Part shown: in pieces, positions 19,185 to 31,840 of the stretch
Position numbering within the stretch: position 1 is the stretch's first letter
Layout: each line of letters opens with the position of its first letter
Assembly (NCBI GenBank): GCA_963733075.1
Contig: CAVTCA010000022.1
Coordinates: forward strand, 41,709 to 105,708
Source of the DNA: an uncultured Solirubrobacterales bacterium
GTDB lineage: Bacteria > Actinomycetota > Thermoleophilia > Solirubrobacterales > 70-9
DNA: 64,000 bases
Reading direction: 5' to 3'
Notes under the pieces: generated by a model
What the model saw: the letters and a program-made list of their open reading frames with translations, nothing else
Told to the model about the DNA's origin: nothing
Database searches by the model: none
Position numbers and translations under genes: made by a program

Positions 19185-19988
19185 ATGCGGGAACTGGAAC
19201 GGGATTTCCCGACCCCGAGCGCAGCCGCGCGTGACGCCGTCCTTCCGGCGCTCGTCGTCGTCGGCGCGGGCCGGGTCGGCTCCTCGATCGCGGCCGCGTC
19301 GCAGCGCGCCGGGCTGGAGGTGGCCCTCGCCGGCCGGGCGGAGGCGGCCGCCGCCTGTGCCGAGGCCGAGGCGGTGCTGCTCTGCGTGCCCGACGAGGCG
19401 ATCGGGACCGCGGCAGGGACGATCGCGGCCTCCGCGACGCGGCTGCGCTACGCCGGCCACACCAGCGGCGTCTCGGAGCTGGCGGCGCTGGCGCCGCTCG
19501 CCGCCACCGGGGCCGCGACCTTCTCGCTCCACCCGTTGCAGACGGTGCCGGACCGGACCACCGACTTCACCGCCTGCCCAGCGGCGATCTCCGGCTCCGA
19601 CCCCGCTGCGTTGGCGCTCGCGCGCTCGCTCGCGGAGCGGCTCGGGATGCGCCCGTTCGCGATCCCCGAGGAGCGCCGAGCCGCCTACCACGCCGCCGCC
19701 AGCATCGCCTCGAACTTCCTCGTCGCGCTGCAGGAGTCGGCGGTCGAGCTGCTCGGCGAGGCGAGCGGCGAGGACGCGCGCGAGCTGCTCGCTCCGCTGG
19801 TGCTGCGCACGGCGGCGAACTGGTCCGAGCTCGGCGCGGGAGCGCTCACCGGGCCGATCGCACGCGGCGACGAGGCCACCGTGGCCCGCCACCTCGAGGC
19901 CCTGCGCGAGGCGGCGCCCGAGCTGATCCCCGTCTACGAGGCGCTCGCCGAGCGCACCCGCGAGCTCGGGAGACGGGAGGCAGGATGA
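19185..19988 (+). CDS. Rossmann-fold / DUF2520 domain protein (putative oxidoreductase)
   Basis: ALVVVGAGRVGSSIAAA...LLCVPDEAI...HPLQT...AAYHAAASIASNFLVAL...GPIARGD. The stop overlaps the panC ATG as an ATGA junction at 19985-19988. The start position is uncertain. Confidence 0.65.
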   Translation: MRELERDFPTPSAAARDAVLPALVVVGAGRVGSSIAAASQRAGLEVALAGRAEAAAACAEAEAVLLCVPDEAIGTAAGTIAASATRLRYAGHTSGVSELAALAPLAATGAATFSLHPLQTVPDRTTDFTACPAAISGSDPAALALARSLAERLGMRPFAIPEERRAAYHAAASIASNFLVALQESAVELLGEASGEDARELLAPLVLRTAANWSELGAGALTGPIARGDEATVARHLEALREAAPELIPVYEALAERTRELGRREAG

Positions 19989-20872
19989 TGCTGGTCGCCA
20001 CCACGTCCGAGCTGCGTCAGGCGCTCGAGCCCGCCAGGCGGGCCGGTCGCTCGATCGGCCTGGTGCCGACGATGGGCGCCCTCCATGGCGGACACCTGGC
20101 GCTGCTGGACGCCGCCCGCAATCGCTGCGAGCTGGTGGTCATGAGCCTGTTCGTGAACCCGGCCCAGTTTCGGCCCGGTGAGGACCTCGACGCCTACCCG
20201 CGCGACCTGGAGCGCGACCTGGAGCTCGCCGGATCGGCGGGCGTCGAGATCGTCTTCGCGCCCGCGGTCGAGGAGGTCTACCCGCCGGGCTTCGCGACCA
20301 CGGTCGAGGTCGGAGGCGACCTGACCACGGTGCTCGACGGCGACCCGGCGCGGCGGGGGCCCGAGCACTTCCACGGGGTGACGACGATCGTCGCCAAGCT
20401 CTTCAACGCGGTTGGTCCCGACGTCGCCTTCTTCGGTCAGAAGGACGCCCAGCAGGCGGCCGTGATCCGCCGCATGGCCGGCGACCTGGAGTTCCCGGTC
20501 GAGATCGTCGTCGTGCCGACCGTCCGCGAGCCCAGCGGACTCGCGATGAGCTCGCGAAACGCCTACCTGAGCGAGGCAGAGCGCGAGCGGGCCGCCGCAC
20601 TCAGCCGCGCCCTGCGCGGGGCCGAGGCGGCGGTGGCCGGTGGCGAACGGTCGGTCGACACGGTGCTCGCGGCGGCGCGAGAGGAGCTGGAGGCTGCCGG
20701 AATCGAGCCGGAGTACCTGGAGGCCCGCGCCGCCGCGGACCTGGCACCGGTGGAGAGCTTCAACGGGCGGCCGGTCGTAGTCGCCGTGTCCGCGCGGGTG
20801 GGCCCCGCGCGTTTGATCGACAACGTGGTGATCGGGGAGACCGGGGGCGCCGCGGCGCCGCCGGCAGACTGA
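19985..20872 (+). CDS. panC: pantoate--beta-alanine ligase
   Basis: GLVPTMGALHGGHLALL...SLFVNPAQF...FFGQKDAQQAAVIRRM...PTVREPSGLAMSSRN. Confidence 0.92.
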   Translation: MMLVATTSELRQALEPARRAGRSIGLVPTMGALHGGHLALLDAARNRCELVVMSLFVNPAQFRPGEDLDAYPRDLERDLELAGSAGVEIVFAPAVEEVYPPGFATTVEVGGDLTTVLDGDPARRGPEHFHGVTTIVAKLFNAVGPDVAFFGQKDAQQAAVIRRMAGDLEFPVEIVVVPTVREPSGLAMSSRNAYLSEAERERAAALSRALRGAEAAVAGGERSVDTVLAAAREELEAAGIEPEYLEARAAADLAPVESFNGRPVVVAVSARVGPARLIDNVVIGETGGAAAPPAD

Positions 20873-20882
20873 GAGGAACGGG

Positions 20883-21812
20883 ATGCAGATGACTTCGAGC
20901 GATGGAACGGAGCGTCAGCCGATGACGCTGCCGAGGCTCGCCGAGATGAAGCTCAACGCCGAGCCGATCGTGATGGTGACCGCCTACGACTTCCCCTCGG
21001 CTGAGATCGCCGAGGCGGCGGGGGTCGACCTGGTGCTGTGCGGGGACACCGCGGCGATGACGATGCTCGGGCACTCCTCGACCACGCCGGTGAGCCTCGA
21101 CGAGATGCTCGTGCTGGCGAAGGCGGTGCGGCGTGGCCTGCGGACGCCGCTCCTGGTCGGCGACCTGCCGTTCGGTTCCTACGAGCGCTCCAACGAGCAG
21201 GCGATCGAGAGCGCGATGCGCTACGTCAAGGAGGCCGGCTGCGACGTGGTCAAGCTCGAGCGCGGCGGGGTCTCGGTCGAGCGCGTGCGCGCGATCGTCC
21301 GCGCCGGGATCCCGGTGATGGGCCACGTCGGGCTGACGCCGCAGACCGCGACCGCGCTCGGCGGGTTCAAGGCCCAGGGCAGGACCGCCGACCAGGCCGT
21401 GAAGATCGCCGAGGGGGCGCTGGCGCTGCAGGCGGCCGGCTGCTTCTCGATCGTCTTCGAGGCGGTGCCGGCGGCGATCAGCGAGGTCCTGGTGCCCAAG
21501 CTCGCCGTGCCGGTGATCGGGATCGGCGCCGGGGCCGCGACCGACGGCCAGGTGCTCGTCTGGCACGACCTGCTCGGGATCCACGGCGGCCATCAGCCGA
21601 AGTTCGTGAAGCGCTACGCGTCGCTGCGGGAGCAGATGGTCGATGGCGTCGGGGAGTACGCCCGGGAGGTCCGCGAGCGCGCGTTCCCGGGCCCGGAGCA
21701 CGCCTACGCGATCGACGCAGCCGAGCTGGAGGCCTTCCGACGGTATCTCGCTCAGGAGAGCCTGGCCGCCGCGAGCACCTTCGGCGGCGACTGGTCGGCC
21801 ACCGAGATCTGA
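20883..21812 (+). CDS. panB: 3-methyl-2-oxobutanoate hydroxymethyltransferase
   Basis: IVMVTAYDFPSAEIAEAAGVDLVLCGDTAAMTMLGH...LVGDLPFGSY...VKLERG...IPVMGHVGLTPQ...IGIGAG. An alternative start is at the internal Met (MTLPRL). Confidence 0.92.
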   Translation: MQMTSSDGTERQPMTLPRLAEMKLNAEPIVMVTAYDFPSAEIAEAAGVDLVLCGDTAAMTMLGHSSTTPVSLDEMLVLAKAVRRGLRTPLLVGDLPFGSYERSNEQAIESAMRYVKEAGCDVVKLERGGVSVERVRAIVRAGIPVMGHVGLTPQTATALGGFKAQGRTADQAVKIAEGALALQAAGCFSIVFEAVPAAISEVLVPKLAVPVIGIGAGAATDGQVLVWHDLLGIHGGHQPKFVKRYASLREQMVDGVGEYAREVRERAFPGPEHAYAIDAAELEAFRRYLAQESLAAASTFGGDWSATEI

Positions 21813-21848
21813 GTCCGTCGGCACAGGGCCGCACTACCGTCCACGGGG

Positions 21849-22265
21849 ATGAGCGTCCAGACCACCGAGATCCGGATCTCGACGAGCGGCGACAGCGACG
21901 TCGTCGACATCAGTCGCGAGCTGTCCGCGGCGGTCGCCGCCAGCGGCGTCGGCGAGGGTCAGGCGAGCGCCTTCATCCGCGGCTCGACCGCCGCGATCAC
22001 GACGATGGAGTTCGAGCCGGGCGGCGTCCACGACCTGCGGGCGGCGCTCGAGCGCCTGATCCCGACCCACGGCGACTACGAGCACAATCGGCTCAACCAC
22101 GACTCCAACTCGCACGCCCATCAGCGCGCCACGATCGTCGGCGCCTCCGAGGTCATCCCGGTCACCGGCGGCCGGCCGGCGCTGGGTACCTGGCAGCAGT
22201 TGGTGCTGATCGACTTCGACGACCGCCCGCGTGACCGCACGGTCGTGTTCCAGGTGATCGGCTAG
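21849..22265 (+). CDS. YjbQ/UPF0047 family protein (secondary thiamine-phosphate synthase-like)
   Basis: Intact 138 aa: ...FIRGSTAAITTMEFEPGGVHDL...HGDYEHNRLNHDSNSHAHQRATIVG...TWQQLVLIDFD. Confidence 0.75.
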   Translation: MSVQTTEIRISTSGDSDVVDISRELSAAVAASGVGEGQASAFIRGSTAAITTMEFEPGGVHDLRAALERLIPTHGDYEHNRLNHDSNSHAHQRATIVGASEVIPVTGGRPALGTWQQLVLIDFDDRPRDRTVVFQVIG

Positions 22266-22294
22266 GCGGTCGGCGACGCCGAGCGCCCCGCGGC

Positions 22295-22831
22295 TCACGG
22301 CCCGGCCGGAACGTCGGCGAGCAGCGAGTCGATGAGCCAGGCGTCCTCCAGGTCGCCGGCCGCCACCAGGTCCACCTCGACGTCGACCCCGTCATACGGA
22401 CCGCCGGCCGGCACCGCGACGGCGCTCGCCCCCGCGCCGGATTGCTCCACCTCCGCCACCGTCACCGAGTCCGCCAAGGCGCCCGGTCGCTGCGCGGCGA
22501 TGCAGCCCGCGCGATCGCCGTAAGCGGTGGTCACGTAATCGGGCGTGACGAGCTCGTCGCAGATCACACCCGGCGTCTCGGAGCCGGTGAGCACCGCGGT
22601 GACCACGTCCTCGACCGAGCGCGGCCGGTCCGCGCCGGGGTCGTCGGCGGCACTGGGATCGCCCGCGCTGTCATCCGCCGGAGCCGGGGCCGTTGATCCG
22701 CCTGCCGTCGTCGTCGACGCCGAGGGCGCCGAAACCGAGATCGTGGTCGGCTCATCGGAGCCGGAGTCCGAGTCGCCGCAGCCGCCGAGCACGCCGGCGG
22801 CGGCGAGCGCTATGAGGCAGGCGCGGCGCAC
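22295..22831 (-). CDS. putative lipoprotein, unknown function
   Basis: MRRACLIALAAAGVLGGCGDSD (signal peptide plus lipobox LGGC), followed by a Ser/Thr/Ala/Asp-rich linker and then a globular part. Confidence 0.55.
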   Translation of the reverse strand: MRRACLIALAAAGVLGGCGDSDSGSDEPTTISVSAPSASTTTAGGSTAPAPADDSAGDPSAADDPGADRPRSVEDVVTAVLTGSETPGVICDELVTPDYVTTAYGDRAGCIAAQRPGALADSVTVAEVEQSGAGASAVAVPAGGPYDGVDVEVDLVAAGDLEDAWLIDSLLADVPAGP

Positions 22832-22841
22832 CGTGGCGAGG

Positions 22842-23438
22842 CTACTCGCCGCGGGGCCTGAACTCGATCTTGCGGATCACCTTGGCCGGGGCGCCGGCGG
22901 CGATCGAGCCCGGCGGAACGCTGGCGGTGACGACCGAGTTCGCCCCGATCACCGCCCGGTCGCCGATCTCGATCCCGCCGGTGACCACGCAGTTGACCCC
23001 GAACCACACGTTGTCGCCGATCTTCACCGGGCCGCGCGGGACGAACCCCTGCCAGGTGATCGGCACGTCGGGATCGTCGTAGCGGTGGTCCCCGTCGCCG
23101 ACGAAGCAGCCGTTGGCGAACATCACGTGATCGCCGATCTCGATCCGCTCCACGGCCGCCAGCATCGTCCCCCGGTTGAGAAAGCATCCCTCGCCGATCT
23201 CGATCTCGGCCCCGGGGCCGAGGGTGAGCCAGCACCCGGGCTCGAGCAGCGTCGACTCGCCGATCCGCAGGCGCCCGGAGTCGAGCGCCTCCAGCACCTC
23301 GCCCTCCACCGGGTAGCGGATGAAGGCGCCGGCGCGAGCCATGTGGCGGTTGATGCGCCAGCGCCGCCGCAGGCGCCGGTTGCGCTCATACCAGCGTCGC
23401 TTGACCCACCAGGTGCGCCACGCGGAGAGGTCGCTCAT
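22842..23438 (-). CDS. hexapeptide-repeat (left-handed beta-helix) acyl/acetyltransferase
   Basis: From ATG 23438: ...IGEGCFLNRGTMLAAVERIEIGDHVMFANGCFVGDGDH...VKIGDNVWFGVNCVVTGGIEIGDRAVIGANSVV. Confidence 0.75.
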   Translation of the reverse strand: MSDLSAWRTWWVKRRWYERNRRLRRRWRINRHMARAGAFIRYPVEGEVLEALDSGRLRIGESTLLEPGCWLTLGPGAEIEIGEGCFLNRGTMLAAVERIEIGDHVMFANGCFVGDGDHRYDDPDVPITWQGFVPRGPVKIGDNVWFGVNCVVTGGIEIGDRAVIGANSVVTASVPPGSIAAGAPAKVIRKIEFRPRGE

Positions 23439-23501
23439 CCGCGCACCTTGGCAGACGCCCGCGTCGGCAGGACGCGCTCCGCCGGGGTCGAACACCGTCC
23501 C

Positions 23502-23849
23502 ATGGCATCGGAGCCGGTTGATCGATCAACCGCGATCAGCCGTGAGCTGATCGCGCTGACCAGGGCGGTCCAGCTCGCCGAACAGGAGCGCAACGCGCGC
23601 CTGGAGGCGAAGCTGGCCGACCTCGACCGCCAGATGGACGAGGCCGACCGGATCCAGAAGCTGATCACGGGCGGGGCGGCCCGCCGGGAGGCGCGCCTGC
23701 GCGCGCTCGAGGACATGATCGAGGTGATCGCGGCCGAGCGCTCCCGCGAGGCGACGCCGAAACCGCTCGACCTGCCGCGCCGCAACCGCTTCGACGCCTC
23801 GGTCGTCGACATGCACTCGCCTGACCCGGAGCCGACCTCCGGAGACTGA
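23502..23849 (+). CDS. hypothetical coiled-coil protein
   Basis: The 3' part of ORF 22545..23849 from ATG 23502: MASEPVDRSTAISRELIALTRAVQLAEQERNARLEAKLADLDRQMDEADRIQK... I recognised no family. Confidence 0.4.
   Translation: MASEPVDRSTAISRELIALTRAVQLAEQERNARLEAKLADLDRQMDEADRIQKLITGGAARREARLRALEDMIEVIAAERSREATPKPLDLPRRNRFDASVVDMHSPDPEPTSGD
23515..23532. promoter_or_regulatory. 18-bp perfect palindrome CGGTTGATCGATCAACCG (candidate operator)
   Basis: Perfect dyad, unusually AT-rich for this sequence. It starts 10 nt after the ATG codon at 23502-23504 and 77 nt upstream of the divergent acetyltransferase start. Confidence 0.3.
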
Positions 23850-23863
23850 TCGGCCGGAGCGTC

Positions 23864-26820
<2,957 letters not shown>

Positions 26821-26840
26821 CGGCGAACCAGTGTACGGAT

Positions 26841-26855
26841 ACGAACGGGCGTTCC
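26841..26855. promoter_or_regulatory. LexA/SOS-box-like motif upstream of uvrA
   Basis: ACGAAC-GGGC-GTTCC resembles the actinobacterial SOS box TCGAAC-N4-GTTCGA, though the outer positions are imperfect. It lies 21-35 nt upstream of the uvrA start codon. Confidence 0.4.
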
Positions 26856-26882
26856 CACGGGGACCGCCGCCGACGCGCGGGT

Positions 26883-27473
26883 CTACTTGCCGGCGAGCGC
26901 GAGCACGTCGTCGACGAGCGAGCCGGCGTCGGCGAGCTCGTAGTTCTCGGCCAGGTGGCCCTCGATCGCCTCCCGCGAGGCGCCGTCGAGCGCCATGTTC
27001 ATCGCCACCAGTCGGGCGGCGGCGGAGTCGTCGGGCTTCGCGATCGCGTCCGGTGGCGCGGCGCCGTTGGCGGCGACTGCCGGGTCGTCGACGGAGATCT
27101 GCGGCGGAGTGCCCTCGTCGGGCGGCGGAGTCGGCTCCGGGATCGTGGGTGGCTCCGGCTCCGGTGTCGGCTCGGGCGACGGAGCGGGATCGGGTGGCGG
27201 TGGCGTCGGCTCGGGAACCGTGGGCGGGCTCGGCTCGGGTGCCGGGACCGGCCCGCCCGGGACCTCATCGCCGATCCCGAGCTTCGCCTGCAGCTCCTCG
27301 AGCGCGTTGCGGGCGGCGGCGAGCCGCTCCTGTGACTCGGCCTGAGCCTGCTCCCGGATCCGCGTCGCATCCGCCTCGGCGTCGCGGACGATCTCCGCCG
27401 CCCTGCGCTCGGCGTCGGCGACCAGCGCCCGGATCTTCTCGGCTACCTCGTGAACGATCTGCTCGGCGTCCAT
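26883..27473 (-). CDS. hypothetical protein: N-terminal coiled coil, Pro/Glu/Thr-rich linker, small C-terminal domain
   Basis: Intact 196 aa: [44 protein letters not shown]..., then [40 protein letters not shown], then ...[29 protein letters not shown]. Confidence 0.5.
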   Translation of the reverse strand: MDAEQIVHEVAEKIRALVADAERRAAEIVRDAEADATRIREQAQAESQERLAAARNALEELQAKLGIGDEVPGGPVPAPEPSPPTVPEPTPPPPDPAPSPEPTPEPEPPTIPEPTPPPDEGTPPQISVDDPAVAANGAAPPDAIAKPDDSAAARLVAMNMALDGASREAIEGHLAENYELADAGSLVDDVLALAGK

Positions 27474-27532
27474 GCGCCGAGATTACCCGGTCGCGCGCGT
27501 CGCCCGCGGCCGTTGGCGCCCGGCCGGGGGCG

Positions 27533-29530
<1,998 letters not shown>

Positions 29531-29566
29531 TCACGTCTGAACATAGCGGCGTCATACTCGGCACCC

Positions 29567-30897
29567 GTGGATCGCGCGCGAAGCGGCAGGGCTCAGCTCT
29601 GGTCCCCGGTGCTGATCCTGCTGGCGCTCGGCGGGGCGCTGGCGCTCGCCGGCCCGGGCGGCGCCGCACCGGCCACCCCGGACGCCGGCGACGCAGGCCG
29701 AGGCCGAGCTCGACCCCAGCGAGCTGACGCGGATCAGCGTCGCGGCGACGCCGGCGGTCGCGCGCGGCGTCGAGCGGGTCCGCGGGCTCGAGTTCCGCCG
29801 CCTGCCCGAGCCGGAGGTGGTCACCAGCGGGTACCTGAACCGGCTCGGCGCGCGGGAGCTCGAGCGCGAGGCGGGCGAGCTGGGGCTCGCGGCCGACGAC
29901 GCCGTCGGGCAGATCACCGGCCTGCTCGAGCCCGAGGAGGACCTGCGCGCCGCCTACGGGTCGACCGGCGACCTCGCGGCCGCCGCGTACGACCCGCGGA
30001 CCGAGCGGCTGTACGTGGTCTCCGACGCGGTCGCCCCGAACCGGACGCTGATCGAGTTCGTGCTCGCCCACGAGCTCGACCACGCGCTCGAGGACCAGCG
30101 CTTCGGGCTGCGGGAGGAAGACCGGCCAGGCGACGACGGGGCCCTGGCCGCACAGGCGCTGACCGAGGGCTCGGCGACCGCGGTGATGACGGAGTTCGCC
30201 GCCCGCTACCTGGACCCGTTCGAGCTGCTGTCCGCGGCGGGGACGATCGACCCCGGGACCGACGACGTACCGGACGTGCTGCTCGAGCAGCTCACCTGGA
30301 CCTACACCGGCGGGCAGCGGTTCGTATCGGCGCTGCGCGAGCTGGCCGGAAGCTGGAAGCTGGTCGACTACGCGCTCTCGGAGCGGCCGCCGGCCACCAC
30401 CGAGCAGGTCCTGCACCCGCGCAAGTACGTGACCGACGAGCGCCCGGCGCCGGTGCGGATCGATTCGGCTCTCCTCAGGCGGCGCGACCTGACGCTGGCC
30501 GATCGGAACGTCTTCGGCGAGCTCACGACCTCCTACCTGCTCGAGGTGGGCGCGGATGCGGCGCGGGCGAGCGCGCGCGGCGGCGGGCTGGGACGGCGAC
30601 CGCTACGAGCTCTGGCGCCGCGACGTCGCGCCCGGCGCTTGCGCCTACCCGTGCCGCTCCGACCTCGTCCTGGTCGCGAGCTGGAGCTGGGACACGGACG
30701 CGGACGCGAGCGAGTTCGCGCGGGCGGTCCCGGCCTATCTACGTGACGGCCTCGGCGCCGAGCCGCGCGGCCGCCGGGTCTGGAGCGTCGACGGCGGCTA
30801 CGTGGCCGTCGCCGCCGCCGGCCGCGACACCGCGCTCGTCTTCGCCCCCGAGCCCACGCTCGCCCATCGGGCCGCCGCGGCACAGGTCGGCGGCTGA
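29567..30897 (+). CDS. putative secreted HEXXH metalloprotease-like protein; about 2 frame shifts (about 29700 and about 30555)
   Basis: From GTG 29567: [33 protein letters not shown] (signal-like). ORF 29817..30746 contains [16 protein letters not shown] (HEXXH) and TEGSATAVM. The C-terminus is in ORF 30556..30897. Confidence 0.5.
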
Positions 30898-30914
30898 CCT
30901 GAGACGATCCCGGC

Positions 30915-31288
30915 GTGAGCCGGTCCCGCAAGCTGCTGGCGGCGTTCTGGCTGTTCGCCGGGACGATGCACTTCGTCCGCCGCCGCGACTACGAGGCCAC
31001 CGTGCCGGAGTACGTGCGGATCGCGCCGGAGGACGCGGTCCGCTGGAGCGGCGTCGCCGAGATCGCCGGCGGGCTGCTGGTGTTGCCGGCGCGACGCGGC
31101 GGCTCGGGCGCTGGTGGCTGCTCGGGCTGCTCGTCGCCGTCTTCCCGGCCAACGTCCACATGGCCGTCGACCCGGACGAGGTCGCGGCGCGCGGCGTCCC
31201 GATCGATCGCATCCCGCGCTGGCTGCTGTGGGCGCGCCTGCCGGTCCAGCCGCTGTTCATGCTCTGGGTCTGGCGGGCGACGGAGTAG
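30915..31288 (+). CDS. small membrane protein (DoxX-like suspected); frame shift about 31090
   Basis: [34 protein letters not shown]...[12 protein letters not shown], then in another frame ...[19 protein letters not shown]...[16 protein letters not shown]. Confidence 0.45.
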
Positions 31289-31750
31289 CTCGGTTCCAAG
31301 GCAGCAGGCCGCCGAGCGTCGACGCGCCGTCGGCGTCGTCGAGGATCGCGGTCGCGTCGTCGATCAGGCCGATCACCTCGTCGACCGGCAGCCGGCTCGC
31401 GACCGCTCGCAGGCCGTCGGCGGTGAAGGGGGCGATCGCTGCGGCGTTCTCGGCGTCGTCGATCGCGCGCACGACCCCGGCGCGGACCGCGGCCTCGAGC
31501 TCGGCGTCGTCGATCCCTGCTCGGCGGCGAACTGCGCACGCGACTCCTCCGTCGCGAGCGCGACGGCGAGCGTCTCGCGGCTGACGCCGAGCTCGCAGGC
31601 GGCGCCGTCGAGGGCGGAGAGGAAGAACTGCTGCGCCGTCTCCTCCAGCCCCTCGGGCGCGGTCCACTCGCGCGGCGCACACGGGTCGGCGACCGGGGTC
31701 GGCTCGTAGGTGCCCCCGCCGGCGGCGAGGTAGATCGCGACGACCAGCAC
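31257..31750 (-). CDS. hypothetical protein; frame shift about 31515; start uncertain
   Basis: ORFs 31373..31750 and 31257..31682 join as ...[55 protein letters not shown]... The hydrophobic N-terminus suggests a membrane anchor. Confidence 0.35.
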
Positions 31751-31784
31751 CGAGGCGAGCGCGGAGGCGGCGATCAGCTGCGAG

Positions 31785-31840
31785 GGCTCACGGCAAGCGG
31801 CTCAACGGCGCCGCGGCTCGGCTCCGCTCCGCTCACAGCC
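31785..31840. repeat. single copy of the same repeat family as 14989..15104
   Basis: GGCTCACGGCAAGCGGCTCAACGGCGCCGCGGCTCGGCTCCGCTCCGCTCACAGCC aligns along its length with the tandem unit at 14994-15104, with a few mismatches and one short gap. It again carries the stop codon of the upstream minus-strand gene (MFS, 31833-31835). Confidence 0.75.
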
